DNA of 64,000 nucleotides from Myxococcota bacterium (lineage in GTDB: Bacteria > Myxococcota_A > UBA796 > SXON01): contig JAZKFH010000015.1 in the NCBI GenBank assembly GCA_040386535.1, positions 64,001 to 128,000 on the forward strand, in the 5' to 3' direction. This document shows positions 10,894-20,674 of the stretch, piece after piece. The translations under genes and the position numbers were made by a program. The notes beneath the pieces are model-generated. The model was not told the origin of the DNA and made no database searches. It worked only from the letters and a program-made list of their open reading frames with translations. Position 1 is the stretch's first letter. Each line of letters opens with the position of its first letter.

Positions 10894-12558
10894 ATGATGC
10901 GGCGTCCCTCCCTGCTCCTCGCGGCCGCCACCCTCTCCCTCGTGCTCCCCGCGTGCCGGTTCACCGCCTCCGATGTGGTTCCGGACGACACCGCCGTTCC
11001 CGACACCGCGGCGGATGCCGACACGGACACCGACGCCGATACCGACGCGGACACCGATGTCGACACCGGCACCACCGGCATCCCCTGGCTCACCGTGGTC
11101 GAGCGGGACACCCGGACCTACGGCGAGATCGGCATCGAGATCGTGACCTACGCGATGACGGCCGACAGCCCGACCGGCTACCGCGACGGGGACGGCGCGG
11201 ATCCGCGCTTCCACGTCATCCGGCCGGCCGACTTCACCGACGCCGGCGCCGAGCACCCGGTGTTGATGTGGCTGCACGGCTCGGCCCAAGGCGTGGACGG
11301 CGACGAGGTGCTCGGCGCCCGCTGCGGGGCCGACGGCATCGAGCAGGTCGTGAACGACGCGGTGACCGAGCACCACTTCGTGGCGTCCGAGGTCGCCGAC
11401 CGCGAGTGGATCTGGGTCGTGCCGGAGAACACCTGGTGTGACCTCTGGACCGGCCTCGGCGCGAACGACCCGGTCGACACCGCGCACCACGGCACCGAGC
11501 ACGTCCACACCATCCTCGACGCGCTGGAGACCGGGTTCGACGGGCTGCTGGCCGACCCCGACCGCATCTACGGATGGGGCACGTCGATCGGCGGCTCCGG
11601 CATCGTCGTCGCGGCCGGGCGGGACACGCCGTCGCGGTTCGCGGCCATCATCGCCGACAGCGGCCCGGTCAGCCCGTCGTCCTGGTACAACCTGCCCTCC
11701 GAGCAGCCCTACCTCGACCACATCCTCGGCGGCCCCGCCTACGGCAGCGACGGCCAGCCGACCCCGTACTACCCGAACTACCTGCGCGCGGACGGCACCC
11801 TGCTCGTCTCCGAGGGTGGCTTCCGCGTGCCGATGTTCCAGGTCTACAACACCTACGACACGCTCGTGCCGATCCGCCAGAACGACGAGCTCGCCGCGCT
11901 GGTCGATCTCCACTACGGCCCCGAGGGCGTGCGGTACTTCCATCACGACGTGGGGCACCACGCGCCGTCGACCAGCTTCCACGTGCAGACCGGCTACGAG
12001 CGGCCCCCCTTCAGCTACACCAGCCGCGCGGCGTTCGCCTTCCTCGATGGCGGGGGCGCGGCCTATTACGAGGCCGAGGACACCTGCACCTCCGGCAGCT
12101 GCACCGTCGTGATGGAGTCGGGCGCGGGCGTCCTGGAGTCGATGTCCGCCTACTCGCAGGGCGCCGCGGTCATCCGCGACGCGGCCGCCGGCGTCGGCAC
12201 GATGTACGTGGGGCCGCTCCCGGCCTCGGTCCCGCGGGACACAGCCGCCACCATCCTCCCGGTCATCTCCGGCGAGGATCTCTCCGGGGCGGCTCCCGCC
12301 GACGCCGTCGCCACGCTCGAGTTGTTGGCGGACGACATCGTCGTGAGCACCCGGGTCATCAAGCGGGGGGACCTCGCCGCGGGCGCCGCCGAGACCCACG
12401 CCGCCTACTACGCGCAGGTCGACAAGACGACCTGGCTGGTCGACCTCGACAGGGACGGCGCAGCCGACCCGCTCCCCGAGGGCGAGCTGAGCGTGCGGGT
12501 CACGTTCGAGGGGCTCGGCAAGGTGTGGCTCGACGGGTTCTGGGTCCTCACGGAGTAG
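10894..12558 (+). CDS. Lipoprotein with alpha/beta-hydrolase domain and Asp/Thr-rich linker
   Basis: Lipobox LPAC; WLHG oxyanion motif; GTSIGG nucleophile elbow; (DT/DA)n linker. Confidence 0.7.
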   Translation: MMRRPSLLLAAATLSLVLPACRFTASDVVPDDTAVPDTAADADTDTDADTDADTDVDTGTTGIPWLTVVERDTRTYGEIGIEIVTYAMTADSPTGYRDGDGADPRFHVIRPADFTDAGAEHPVLMWLHGSAQGVDGDEVLGARCGADGIEQVVNDAVTEHHFVASEVADREWIWVVPENTWCDLWTGLGANDPVDTAHHGTEHVHTILDALETGFDGLLADPDRIYGWGTSIGGSGIVVAAGRDTPSRFAAIIADSGPVSPSSWYNLPSEQPYLDHILGGPAYGSDGQPTPYYPNYLRADGTLLVSEGGFRVPMFQVYNTYDTLVPIRQNDELAALVDLHYGPEGVRYFHHDVGHHAPSTSFHVQTGYERPPFSYTSRAAFAFLDGGGAAYYEAEDTCTSGSCTVVMESGAGVLESMSAYSQGAAVIRDAAAGVGTMYVGPLPASVPRDTAATILPVISGEDLSGAAPADAVATLELLADDIVVSTRVIKRGDLAAGAAETHAAYYAQVDKTTWLVDLDRDGAADPLPEGELSVRVTFEGLGKVWLDGFWVLTE

Positions 12559-12593
12559 GCGGTTAGAGAGGCGGCCCGCCTTCGGAGACCGCC

Positions 12594-13769
12594 ATGTCCG
12601 CACCCGTCCTCTGCCTCCCGCTCCGCACGCCCATCGGCCGTTTCGGGGGTGGCCTCGCCGAGGTCCGGCCCGATGACCTCGCCGCGCACGTGCTCCAGGC
12701 CGTGGTGCAGCGCTCCGGCATCGATCCCGCCTGCATCGACGAGGTGTTCCTCGGCTGCGCCAACCAGGCGGGCGAGGACAACCGCAACGTCGCCCGCATG
12801 GCGCTCCTGCTCGCGGGCCTGCCCCAGTCCGTGCCCGGCGTCACGGTCAACCGCCTCTGCGCCTCCGGCCTCGAAGCGGTGAACCAGGCTGCCCGTATGA
12901 TCCGCTGTGGTGACGCCGAGGTCGTGCTCGCCGGCGGCGTCGAGGCGATGTCGCGCGCGCCGTACGTGATGCCGCGCGGGGCGAACTTCCCCAAGATGGG
13001 CAACCTCACGGTCTACGACTCCTCGCTCGGCTGGCGTTTCCCCAACCCCAAGATGGAGGCCCTCTTTCCGCTCGAGGCCATGGGCGAGACCGCCGAGAAC
13101 CTCGTCGAGCGCTACGAGATCAGCCGCGCCGATCAGGACGCGTTCGCCGTCGAGTCCCACCGCCGCGCCCTCGCGGCGGACTTCTCCACCGAGATCGTGC
13201 CCGTTCCCCGCGCCAAGCTCGGCCCGCTCGAAGCCGACGAGGGCCCCCGCGCCGACGCGACGCTCGAGTCCCTCGGCAAGCTCAAGGCCGTGTTCCGCAA
13301 GGGCGGCTCCGTGACCGCCGGGAACTCGTCCACGCTCAACGACGGCGCCGCCGCCATGATCGTCGCGTCGCCCGACCGCGCGGCGGCCCTGGGCCTCACC
13401 CCGGTGGCGCGCATCCTCGGCGTCGCGAGCGCGGGCGTGGATCCGCGCATCATGGGCGTCGGCCCCGTGCCCGCGATCCAGAAGCTCCTGACCCGGGCGG
13501 GCCTCACCGTCGCCGACATCGACCTGTTCGAGCTGAACGAGGCGTTCGCCGCCCAGTCGCTCGCGGTCATCCGCACGCTCGGGCTCGACCCGATGAAGGT
13601 GAACGTCAAGGGCGGCGCGATCGCGCTCGGCCACCCGCTCGGCTCCAGCGGCGCGCGCATCCTCACGACGCTCGCGTACACGCTCCGCGAGCGCGGCCAA
13701 CGCTACGGCGTGGCGTCGCTGTGCGTGGGCGTCGGGCAGGGCGTCGCGACGTTGATCGAGGCGGTGTGA
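12594..13769 (+). CDS. Acetyl-CoA C-acyltransferase (thiolase, PaaJ/PcaF-like)
   Basis: [37 protein letters not shown]. Confidence 0.93.
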   Translation: MSAPVLCLPLRTPIGRFGGGLAEVRPDDLAAHVLQAVVQRSGIDPACIDEVFLGCANQAGEDNRNVARMALLLAGLPQSVPGVTVNRLCASGLEAVNQAARMIRCGDAEVVLAGGVEAMSRAPYVMPRGANFPKMGNLTVYDSSLGWRFPNPKMEALFPLEAMGETAENLVERYEISRADQDAFAVESHRRALAADFSTEIVPVPRAKLGPLEADEGPRADATLESLGKLKAVFRKGGSVTAGNSSTLNDGAAAMIVASPDRAAALGLTPVARILGVASAGVDPRIMGVGPVPAIQKLLTRAGLTVADIDLFELNEAFAAQSLAVIRTLGLDPMKVNVKGGAIALGHPLGSSGARILTTLAYTLRERGQRYGVASLCVGVGQGVATLIEAV

Positions 13770-14242
13770 TCCGCCGCGCGGGCCCGGCGGACGCGGCGGC
13801 GCTCGCGACGTTGAACAGCCACGTCCAGGCGCTCCACGTCGCCTGGGCGCCGCATCGCTACCTCACGTCCGATCCCACCGCCGTTGTCGTGTTCTTCGAC
13901 GCGCTTCTGGCGCGCGAGGACGTGATCGTCGCGCTCGCCGAGTCCGATGGGCTCGATGGCTACGCGGTCGGCTCGGTGCAGACGCGGGAGGTGTCGGCCT
14001 TCAAGCACGCGTCGGTCACGATGGTGCTCGACCAGATCGGCGTCCGCTCGGACCGCCGGGGCGCGGGAGTGGGCCGCGCGCTGATGGGGTGGATGGAGGC
14101 CGAGGGGCGGGCGCGGGGTTGTGAGCAGATGCAGCTCGAGGTGCTCGCCGTAAACGAGGGGGCGCGCGGCTTCTACGAGCGCCTCGGGTACCTTCCCGAG
14201 CAGGTCCGCTACGGGAAGGTCATCCTCCGCGATTCGGGTTAG
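13766..14242 (+). CDS. GNAT N-acetyltransferase
   Basis: GTG overlapping the thiolase stop; RRGAGVG motif [14 protein letters not shown]. Confidence 0.88.
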   Translation: MIRRAGPADAAALATLNSHVQALHVAWAPHRYLTSDPTAVVVFFDALLAREDVIVALAESDGLDGYAVGSVQTREVSAFKHASVTMVLDQIGVRSDRRGAGVGRALMGWMEAEGRARGCEQMQLEVLAVNEGARGFYERLGYLPEQVRYGKVILRDSG

Positions 14243-14266
14243 GACGGGCCGCTTCCGGAGCGAACG

Positions 14267-15718
14267 ATGAGCACAGCGGACCTGACGAACCTGGTCACCC
14301 GCGAGGACCGCGGGCGCGTCTCGATCCTGACCCTCAACAACCCGCCGGCCAACGGCTACTCGCACGCCATGCACAAGGCGCTCGACGCGCACGTGCTCGA
14401 CCTGCGGATGGACAAGGGCACCGACGTCATCGTGCTCCGCGGCGCCGGCGAGCGCTTCTTCTGCGCGGGCGCCGACATCGGCTACCTCCAGACGCTCGAC
14501 CCCGACGACAAGTACGCCTTCTGCCTGCACGCCAACGAGACGCTCCTGCGCCTGGAGAACACGCCGAAGCTCGTCATCGCCGCGCTCAACGGCCACTGCG
14601 TCGGCGGCGGGCTGGAGATCGCGCTCGCGTGTGACCTGCGCATCGGCCGCGCCAGCGGCGGCAAGCCCAACCTCGTCGGCTTGCCAGAAGTGTCGCTCGG
14701 CGTGTTGCCCGGCACCGGCGGTACCCAGCGGCTCACCCGCGTCCTCGGCCGCGCGCGCGCGCTCCAGTGGATGGTCGAGGGGCGCAACGTCTCCGTCGAG
14801 GAGGCCCTGTCCATCGGGCTCGTACACCAGGTGCTCCCCGAACATGGCTGGTGGGAGGCCGTGCTCGCCTACGCCGCCACGTTCACGCGGCCGTTCCGCG
14901 CGGCGGGGGCCGTGGGCCTCATCAAGCGCGCGGTGGTGGGCGGCGCGGATCTGCCGCTCGAAGCGGGCCTCGCGCTCGAGCGGGAGCTCCAGATGCGCCT
15001 GTTCGCCGCGGCGGACGCGAAGGAGGGGATGGCCGCCTTCCTCGAAAAACGTCCACCGGTGTTCACGGGTGCGTCTCTTGGGGCAGGGGGGGCAAGCCCC
15101 CCCCGCAACGCCCCCCCCGCCGCCGCGGCACCCTCGTCCTCGTCGGCACCGTCGTACACGGTGCGCCCCGAGCCGTACCAGCCGGCCCCGGCGTCCGCGT
15201 CGGCAGCGCCGGTCTCCACGCCCCGTCCGCTGGGCACCCCCGCGACCGCGCTCACCCCTCCGAACCGCCCCCGCGCTGACCCCGGTGACGGTCGCGGCCA
15301 CGTGATGACGCCCCCCGCGGACCCCGACGGCCGCCGCTCCGCCGACCACGCGCGCGACGAGTTCAAGGGCTTCGAGGACTTCGCCGATTTCGGCCCGGAC
15401 GAGTCCGAGCTCGGCGGCGAGGCCTTCGGCACCGGCGGCCGCCCCCACGGCGCGGAGGATCCGCTCCCCGGCCGCATCGACCTGCACCGCACCCGCATCC
15501 CCGACACCGTCCTGAACCTGCTCGGGCGCACGCTCGTGGAGCGGTACCTCGTCCTGCCGGTCAAGCGCACGGAGTCCACCCTCCTCGTCGCCATGGCCGA
15601 CCCGAACGACGCCGAGGCGCTCGACGCCATCCGTGAAGAGACCGGCCTCGAGGTGCAGGCCGTCCGCGCGCCCGAGCTGGACATCGCCGTCATGGTGGCG
15701 CGCTACTACCGGGCCTGA
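14267..15718 (+). CDS. Enoyl-CoA hydratase/isomerase fused via Pro/Ala linker to a C-terminal T2SSE_N (GSPII_N)-like domain
   Basis: FCAGADI, HCVGGGLE, LPE..LG..PG.GGTQ, EGMAAFLEKR; C-terminal LVLPVK...LLVAMADPND. Confidence 0.85.
   Translation: MSTADLTNLVTREDRGRVSILTLNNPPANGYSHAMHKALDAHVLDLRMDKGTDVIVLRGAGERFFCAGADIGYLQTLDPDDKYAFCLHANETLLRLENTPKLVIAALNGHCVGGGLEIALACDLRIGRASGGKPNLVGLPEVSLGVLPGTGGTQRLTRVLGRARALQWMVEGRNVSVEEALSIGLVHQVLPEHGWWEAVLAYAATFTRPFRAAGAVGLIKRAVVGGADLPLEAGLALERELQMRLFAAADAKEGMAAFLEKRPPVFTGASLGAGGASPPRNAPPAAAAPSSSSAPSYTVRPEPYQPAPASASAAPVSTPRPLGTPATALTPPNRPRADPGDGRGHVMTPPADPDGRRSADHARDEFKGFEDFADFGPDESELGGEAFGTGGRPHGAEDPLPGRIDLHRTRIPDTVLNLLGRTLVERYLVLPVKRTESTLLVAMADPNDAEALDAIREETGLEVQAVRAPELDIAVMVARYYRA
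15076..15114. repeat. REP-like hairpin element, copy 1 (inside coding linker)
   Basis: TCTTGGGGCAGGGG...CCCCGCAACGCCCC, shared with 55983-56016. Confidence 0.55.
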
Positions 15719-15764
15719 GTCTTTCTTCTGTCATCTCGCTTCCTGGCATCTCGGAGGGTTTCTC

Positions 15765-16616
15765 GTGAACGACATCCAACGCATCGGCATCGTCGGCAGT
15801 GGCACGATGGGCCACGGCATCGCGCACGTGTCCGCGCTCGCGGGCTGCGACGTGGCGCTCTACGACGTCGACGTGGCGCGGGTCGACGCCGCGCTCGCCA
15901 AGGTGAGGTCCAACCTGGACAAGGGCGTCGAGAAAGGAAAGGTCACCCCGGACGAGCGTGACGCCGCCGTTGCCCGGCTCTCCGGCGCGACCCGCCTCGA
16001 AGATCTCGCCGAGTGTGACCTCGTCATCGAGGCCATCCCCGAGAAGCTGGAGATGAAGCGCCAGCTCTTCCACGCGCTCGACACCATCGTGCGCGAGGGC
16101 GCCATCCTGGCGACCAACACCTCCTCGCTCTCCATCGCCGCCATCGCCGCGGGCGGCCGCGCGCCCAACCGGGTGATCGGCACCCACTTTTTCAACCCCG
16201 TGCACATCATGGCGCTGCTCGAGGTCGTCGTGTACGACGGCACCGCGCCCACCGTGCTCGACCAGGTGCTCCGCTGGGGCGCCCGCATCGGCAAGGAGAC
16301 CATCACCGTCCGCGACTTCCCCGGCTTCGCCACGTCGCGCCTCGGCGTGTGCCTCGGCATGGAGGCCATCCGCATGGTCGAGCAGGGCGTCGCGAGCGCG
16401 GAAGACATCGACAAGGCCATGGTCCTCGGCTACCGGCACCCCGTCGGCCCCCTGCGCCTGACCGACATGGTCGGCCTCGACGTGCGGCTCGCCATCGGCG
16501 AGTACCTCGCCAAGGAGCTCGGCAACGCCGCGTTCGAGCCGCCCGTGCTCATGCGCGAGATGGTCAAGCACGGGAAGTTGGGGCAGAAGTCGGGGGAGGG
16601 GTTCTATCGGTGGTGA
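15765..16616 (+). CDS. 3-hydroxyacyl(butyryl)-CoA dehydrogenase
   Basis: GSGTMG, IEAIPE, ATNTSS, GTHFFNP, GPLRLTDMVGLD, GQKSGEGFY. Confidence 0.93.
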   Translation: MNDIQRIGIVGSGTMGHGIAHVSALAGCDVALYDVDVARVDAALAKVRSNLDKGVEKGKVTPDERDAAVARLSGATRLEDLAECDLVIEAIPEKLEMKRQLFHALDTIVREGAILATNTSSLSIAAIAAGGRAPNRVIGTHFFNPVHIMALLEVVVYDGTAPTVLDQVLRWGARIGKETITVRDFPGFATSRLGVCLGMEAIRMVEQGVASAEDIDKAMVLGYRHPVGPLRLTDMVGLDVRLAIGEYLAKELGNAAFEPPVLMREMVKHGKLGQKSGEGFYRW

Positions 16617-16629
16617 GGCGGGTCCCCGC

Positions 16630-16929
16630 ATGAGCGGAGAGGACCTCGGCTGGGCCATCTCCACGTTGGCGAGCCGCGCGAGCGCCGTCTGGCGGTTCCG
16701 CCTGTTCGTCCTCCTCTTGCCGGTCGGGACCTTCGGCATCGCGCTCGCGGCGACGGAGCTCCGCATGGAGAGCCTGTGGTGGCTCGTGGCCGTCGTGGGC
16801 GCGATCTCGCTCGTGGGGGGGGTGGCTGCGCTTCGGCGCGGCCCCAGCATCGCGGAGGTCGTGCGCGCGCATGCGGTCCTGCAAAGCGTTGTTTTGGAAC
16901 AACAGGGAGTGAGTCATGAGCGAACGTGA
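16630..16929 (+). CDS. Small two-TM membrane protein
   Basis: Two hydrophobic segments; lies within the operon. Confidence 0.55.
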   Translation: MSGEDLGWAISTLASRASAVWRFRLFVLLLPVGTFGIALAATELRMESLWWLVAVVGAISLVGGVAALRRGPSIAEVVRAHAVLQSVVLEQQGVSHERT

Positions 16930-17542
16930 GCAATGGGACGGACACTACGCGGACGGTTTTTTGCCTTGGGATACCGGGCTGCCCGAGCCGCTCCTCGTCG
17001 AGCTCGTGCAAGGCGGGGGCGTCCCCGTCGGCCGGGTGTTGGAGATTGGCTGCGGGACGGGCACGAACGCGGTCTGGCTCGCGCAGCACGGCTACGACGT
17101 CGTGGCGGTCGACATCTCGCCCCTCGCGGTCGCCCGGGCGCGTGAGCGCGCGGCCTCGGCGGGCGTCGGGCTGGACGTCCGGGCGGTGGACTTCCTCAAT
17201 GAGCCGCTCGGGGCGGGCCTCTTCGACCTCGTCTTCGACCGGGGATGTTTCCACGTGTTCGACGCCGCGGTGGACCAGGACCGCTTCGCCGCGCGCGTGG
17301 CGAGCCTGCTCGCGCCGGGTGGGCGGTGGCTGAGCCTTGTCGGGAGCACGGAGGGCCCTCCCAGGAACATGGGGCCGCCCCGCCGGTCCGCGCGTGACCT
17401 GGTGGTGGCGATCGAGCCGCACCTGGAGATCCTGGAGATCCGGAGCGTGGTGGACTCCCCGGGGACCGGGGTGCGCATGTGGAGCTGCTTGTCGGGGAGG
17501 CGGGTGGTGGGGGCACAGCCGTCGACGCTGCGGAGGGGGTGA
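16916..17542 (+). CDS. Class I SAM-dependent methyltransferase (TPMT-like)
   Basis: LPWD, VLEIGCGTG, FDLVFDRGCFH. Confidence 0.88.
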   Translation: MSEREQWDGHYADGFLPWDTGLPEPLLVELVQGGGVPVGRVLEIGCGTGTNAVWLAQHGYDVVAVDISPLAVARARERAASAGVGLDVRAVDFLNEPLGAGLFDLVFDRGCFHVFDAAVDQDRFAARVASLLAPGGRWLSLVGSTEGPPRNMGPPRRSARDLVVAIEPHLEILEIRSVVDSPGTGVRMWSCLSGRRVVGAQPSTLRRG

Positions 17543-17597
17543 TGGGGCGGGCCGGAGCGATGTGCCAGCCCGGCAGGGCGGGCATCCACCTGAACAC

Positions 17598-17679
17598 GGC
17601 CGGTGCGCAACACAGAGGGTGCCTACGCACCCCGAGCGATCGTCACCCCACAGGTGCACAACTGTCAGGGTGAGGGGTC
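17598..17679 (-). repeat. Inverted about 1.5 copies of the 51-bp palindromic unit
   Basis: Reverse complement reads ACCCCTCACCCTGACAGTTG...GGTGACGATCG...CACCC...GTTGCGCACCGGCC, matching about 18897-18978. Confidence 0.8.
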
Positions 17680-18002
17680 CGGATCAACCTGCACGACCGT
17701 GCGGCGGGCAGCGACGACGCGCGCGCCCCGACCGACGACCGCGGGCCATCCACCTCGACGCTCACGCAGGCGCGGCGCGGGTCGGTGACACCTACCGCCA
17801 GCGCTCGTACCACGAAAGGGAAAATGGCGGCCGGCTTGGACCTTCGAGGATGAAGTCGAGGCACGTACCCCACCCCCACTCGTCGATGGTCCGCGCCATC
17901 GAAATATCCGGCGCGGGGCTTGACGGCGCTCGGATGACGAGAGTCCCGACGGACGTCTGACGGTTGTCGACGCGACGCCGCAAGAAACCCAGGGGCGCGG
18001 GT

Positions 18003-18018
18003 TGGCCTGCACCTTGCA
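18003..18018 (+). promoter_or_regulatory. sigma54-type -24/-12 element upstream of the RAYT-like gene
   Basis: TGGCCT-GCACC-TTGCA (GG-N10-GC). Confidence 0.45.
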
Positions 18019-18030
18019 ACACCTCGCCGC

Positions 18031-18831
18031 ATGCGCACCTTTCATCTGACATTCGCGACGCGCGGCCGCCAACCCGTTGCCCCGGACGAGAGCATCCGCC
18101 GTGCGCTCGTCCGCGTGATCGTGCGCGTCGCGGGCATCTCGCTGGTGTTGTTCTGTGTCGTCGACGATCACGTGCACGTCGTGGTGCTGTGCACCCGCGA
18201 GGTGGCGGGGCGGCTCGCCCAGTCGTTGGTGTTGGCGCTGCGCGGCGCTTCGCCGGTGCCCGTGCGCGCGGCGGACATCACGCCGGTGAACAGCCGCCCC
18301 CACATGGTCGAGCTCCTCCGCTACGTGCTGACCCAATCCGAGCACCACGGGCTCGCCGCGCCGGCAGCGCTCTGGTCCGGGTCGTGCTTCCCGGATCTCG
18401 TGGGCGCGCGTGTCATCGAGGGGTGGCGATACAATATCCGCGAGGCGCTCCCCCGGTTTCGCCGTCGCGACGCGTATGTTGCGGTCGGGCTTCCGGCTGA
18501 ACCGCTGGAGCCCGTTTCCATCGCGCGTGTGCGCGAGCTCGGCGCGTGGCGGCTCGCGGAGGCCGCGGCGGGCGCGGTGGGCGTCGGGCCCACGCTCATC
18601 GGGCGGGCCGCGCCCGTCGTCGCCGCCCGCCGCGTGGTCGTGCAGTTGGGCCTGCACGCGGGCATCGGCCCGTCGGAGATCGGCGCCGCGTTGGAGTTGA
18701 CCCGTTGGGGTGTGTCGCGCCTCGGGGCGGGCCCATCGCCCGCCGCGGAGGTACGCGCAACCCGTTTGCGGTTGGCGCTGGAGGACGCCGTCGTGCGCTT
18801 GCCCATGAGGCTGGGGGCCGCGGCCGGGTGA
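18031..18831 (+). mobile_element. HUH/Y1 tyrosine transposase, RAYT-like, with C-terminal DnaA_C-like HTH
   Basis: FHLTFATRGR N-terminus, CVVDDHVH (HUH), RYVLTQSEHHGL...W (catalytic Tyr region), C-terminal ARRVVVQL...SEIGAALELTRWGVSR; flanked by palindromic repeats. Confidence 0.75.
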
Positions 18832-18979
18832 CAAACCGGGATGGTGACCCGGCACCCTCGTCGTTGGTCACCGCCGTGGTGACAAACGCACGTGGTGACC
18901 CCTCACCCTGACACTTGGACACCTCTGTGGAGACAATCGCCGGGGGCGAGCGCTCACCCTGTGAGTTGCGCACCGGCCT
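18827..18979 (+). repeat. Three tandem 51-bp palindromic units (REP-like)
   Basis: Units start at 18827, 18878, 18929; consensus GGTGACAAAC-N6-GGTG-N6-CACCC-N6-TTG..CACC. Confidence 0.85.
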
Positions 18980-19067
18980 GTCGTCGCGGGGGTTTCGGGC
19001 CCCGGCGACCTGCCCGCCGCGCGCTTGAAATTCCCCGAACCTCGCGCGGTCGACGACCCTCCGCCGC

Positions 19068-19220
19068 GGTGACAACCGGGGAGGGTGACCCGGCACCCTC
19101 GTCGTCGGTCACCACCGTGGTGACGAACGCGCACGGTGACCTCTCACCCCGACAGTTGCGACCCTCTGGGGTGACAAACGCCGTGGGTGCCGAGTCACCC
19201 GATGAGTTGCGCACCGGCGG
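19068..19220 (+). repeat. Second triplet of tandem 51-bp palindromic units
   Basis: Units start at 19068, 19119, 19170; colinear with the first triplet. Confidence 0.85.
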
Positions 19221-19399
19221 GGGCGCCTGACCTCACGCCCCGCCGGAAGGCGCCGGGGCCGACCTCGCCGGCGCCCGGACCGCTCCGCCGCGCCCGGCCG
19301 ACCGGAGCGCGCCGGGCGCCGCGCCCGGCGGTCCCCGCCGCTTCGGCGGGACCGAGGCCCTCGTGGCCGAGCGCGCAGGGGGGCCAAGGGCGCCCTGAT

Positions 19400-19415
19400 C
19401 TGAATGACCATTCAG
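19400..19415. promoter_or_regulatory. Palindromic operator upstream of the thiolase/fadJ-like operon
   Basis: CTGAATG-AC-CATTCAG; TACATT -10-like hexamer shortly downstream. Confidence 0.6.
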
Positions 19416-19460
19416 CCGACCGTCGGATGCGCTACATTTCGCCCTCCGGAGGTTGTCCCG

Positions 19461-20672
19461 ATGCCCCAGCCCGATGCCTGGATCTTCGACGCCGTGCGCA
19501 CGCCGCGCGGCCGCGGCAAGGAAGGGGGGGCCCTGTGTGGGGTCAAGCCCCTCGATCTGCTCAGCACCGCGCTCGTGGCGCTGCGGGACCGAAACGGGCT
19601 GGACACCTCGCAGGTGGACGACGTGGTGGTCGGCTGCGTGACCCAGGTGGGCGACCAGGGCGCGTGTATCGCGCGGACGGCCGTGCTCACGTCGGGGTAC
19701 TCGACCGACGCGCCGGGCGTGACGCTCAACCGGTTCTGCGCGTCGGGGCTCGAGGCGGTGAACCACGCGGCGGCGATGGTGGCGTCGGGGTTCCATGATC
19801 TCGTGATCGCGGGCGGGGTGGAGAGCATGTCGCGCGTGAAGATGGGAAGCGACGGGGGGGCGCTCTTCGATCCGCAGGTGGTCTTCTCCGTGGGGGCGGT
19901 GCCGCAGGGCATCAGCGCCGACCTGCTCGCGACGCTCCGTGGCGTCACGCGTGACGAGGCGGATGCGTTTGCGCTCGACAGCCAGCGCAAGGCCGTGGCC
20001 GCGATGGACGCGGGCGCGTTCCGCCGCAGCGTGGTGCCGGTGACGGACGAGAACGGGGAGGTCATCCTCGGCGTCGACGAGTTCCCGCGTCGGGACGCGA
20101 CGATGGCTGGGCTCACCAAGCTCACGCCGAGCTTCCAGATGATGGGCGAACAATTCGGGCTCGACGCGCTGACCAAGAACGTGTACCCGCACCTGGAGCG
20201 CATCCGGCACATCCACCACGCGGGCAATTCCAGCGGGATCGTGGACGGGGCGACGGCGATGATCGTCGGGCGCCGCGCGAAGGGCGAGTCGCTGGGCTTG
20301 CGGGCGCGCGCGCGCATCCGTGCGGTGGCGGTGGTGGGCGACGAGCCGGTGCTGATGCTCGACGGGCCGGTCCCGGCGACCGAGAAGGTGCTGCGCAAGG
20401 CGGGCATGACCATCGGCGACATCGACCTGTTCGAGGTCAACGAGGCGTTCGCCGCGGTGCCGCTCGCGTGGCAGCGCCACTTCAAGGTGCCGAGCGAAAA
20501 GATCAACGTGCACGGCGGATCGATCGCGCTGGGCCACCCCCTTGGCGCGACCGGCGCCATGTTGCTCGGCACGGTCCTCGACGCGCTCGAGGATCGCGGG
20601 CTCTCCACGGGCCTCGTCACCCTCTGCGTGGGCGGCGGAATGGGCATCGCCACCATCATCGAGCGGGTGTGA
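19461..20672 (+). CDS. fadA: Acetyl-CoA C-acyltransferase (beta-oxidation thiolase)
   Basis: GGAGG RBS; NRFCASG, NEAF, GHPLGATG, CVGGG. Confidence 0.9.
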   Translation: MPQPDAWIFDAVRTPRGRGKEGGALCGVKPLDLLSTALVALRDRNGLDTSQVDDVVVGCVTQVGDQGACIARTAVLTSGYSTDAPGVTLNRFCASGLEAVNHAAAMVASGFHDLVIAGGVESMSRVKMGSDGGALFDPQVVFSVGAVPQGISADLLATLRGVTRDEADAFALDSQRKAVAAMDAGAFRRSVVPVTDENGEVILGVDEFPRRDATMAGLTKLTPSFQMMGEQFGLDALTKNVYPHLERIRHIHHAGNSSGIVDGATAMIVGRRAKGESLGLRARARIRAVAVVGDEPVLMLDGPVPATEKVLRKAGMTIGDIDLFEVNEAFAAVPLAWQRHFKVPSEKINVHGGSIALGHPLGATGAMLLGTVLDALEDRGLSTGLVTLCVGGGMGIATIIERV

Positions 20673-20674
20673 CC

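Noticed and set aside
11015..11070. DNA tandem repeat
   Set aside because: Explained by the coding Asp-Thr/Asp-Ala linker
18827..19220. CRISPR array
   Set aside because: Units are contiguous and degenerate with no unique spacers, and there are no cas genes
18546..19230. 17-aa repeat peptide encoded by the 51-bp units
   Set aside because: Frames are interrupted by stops and conservation follows DNA palindromy rather than codons
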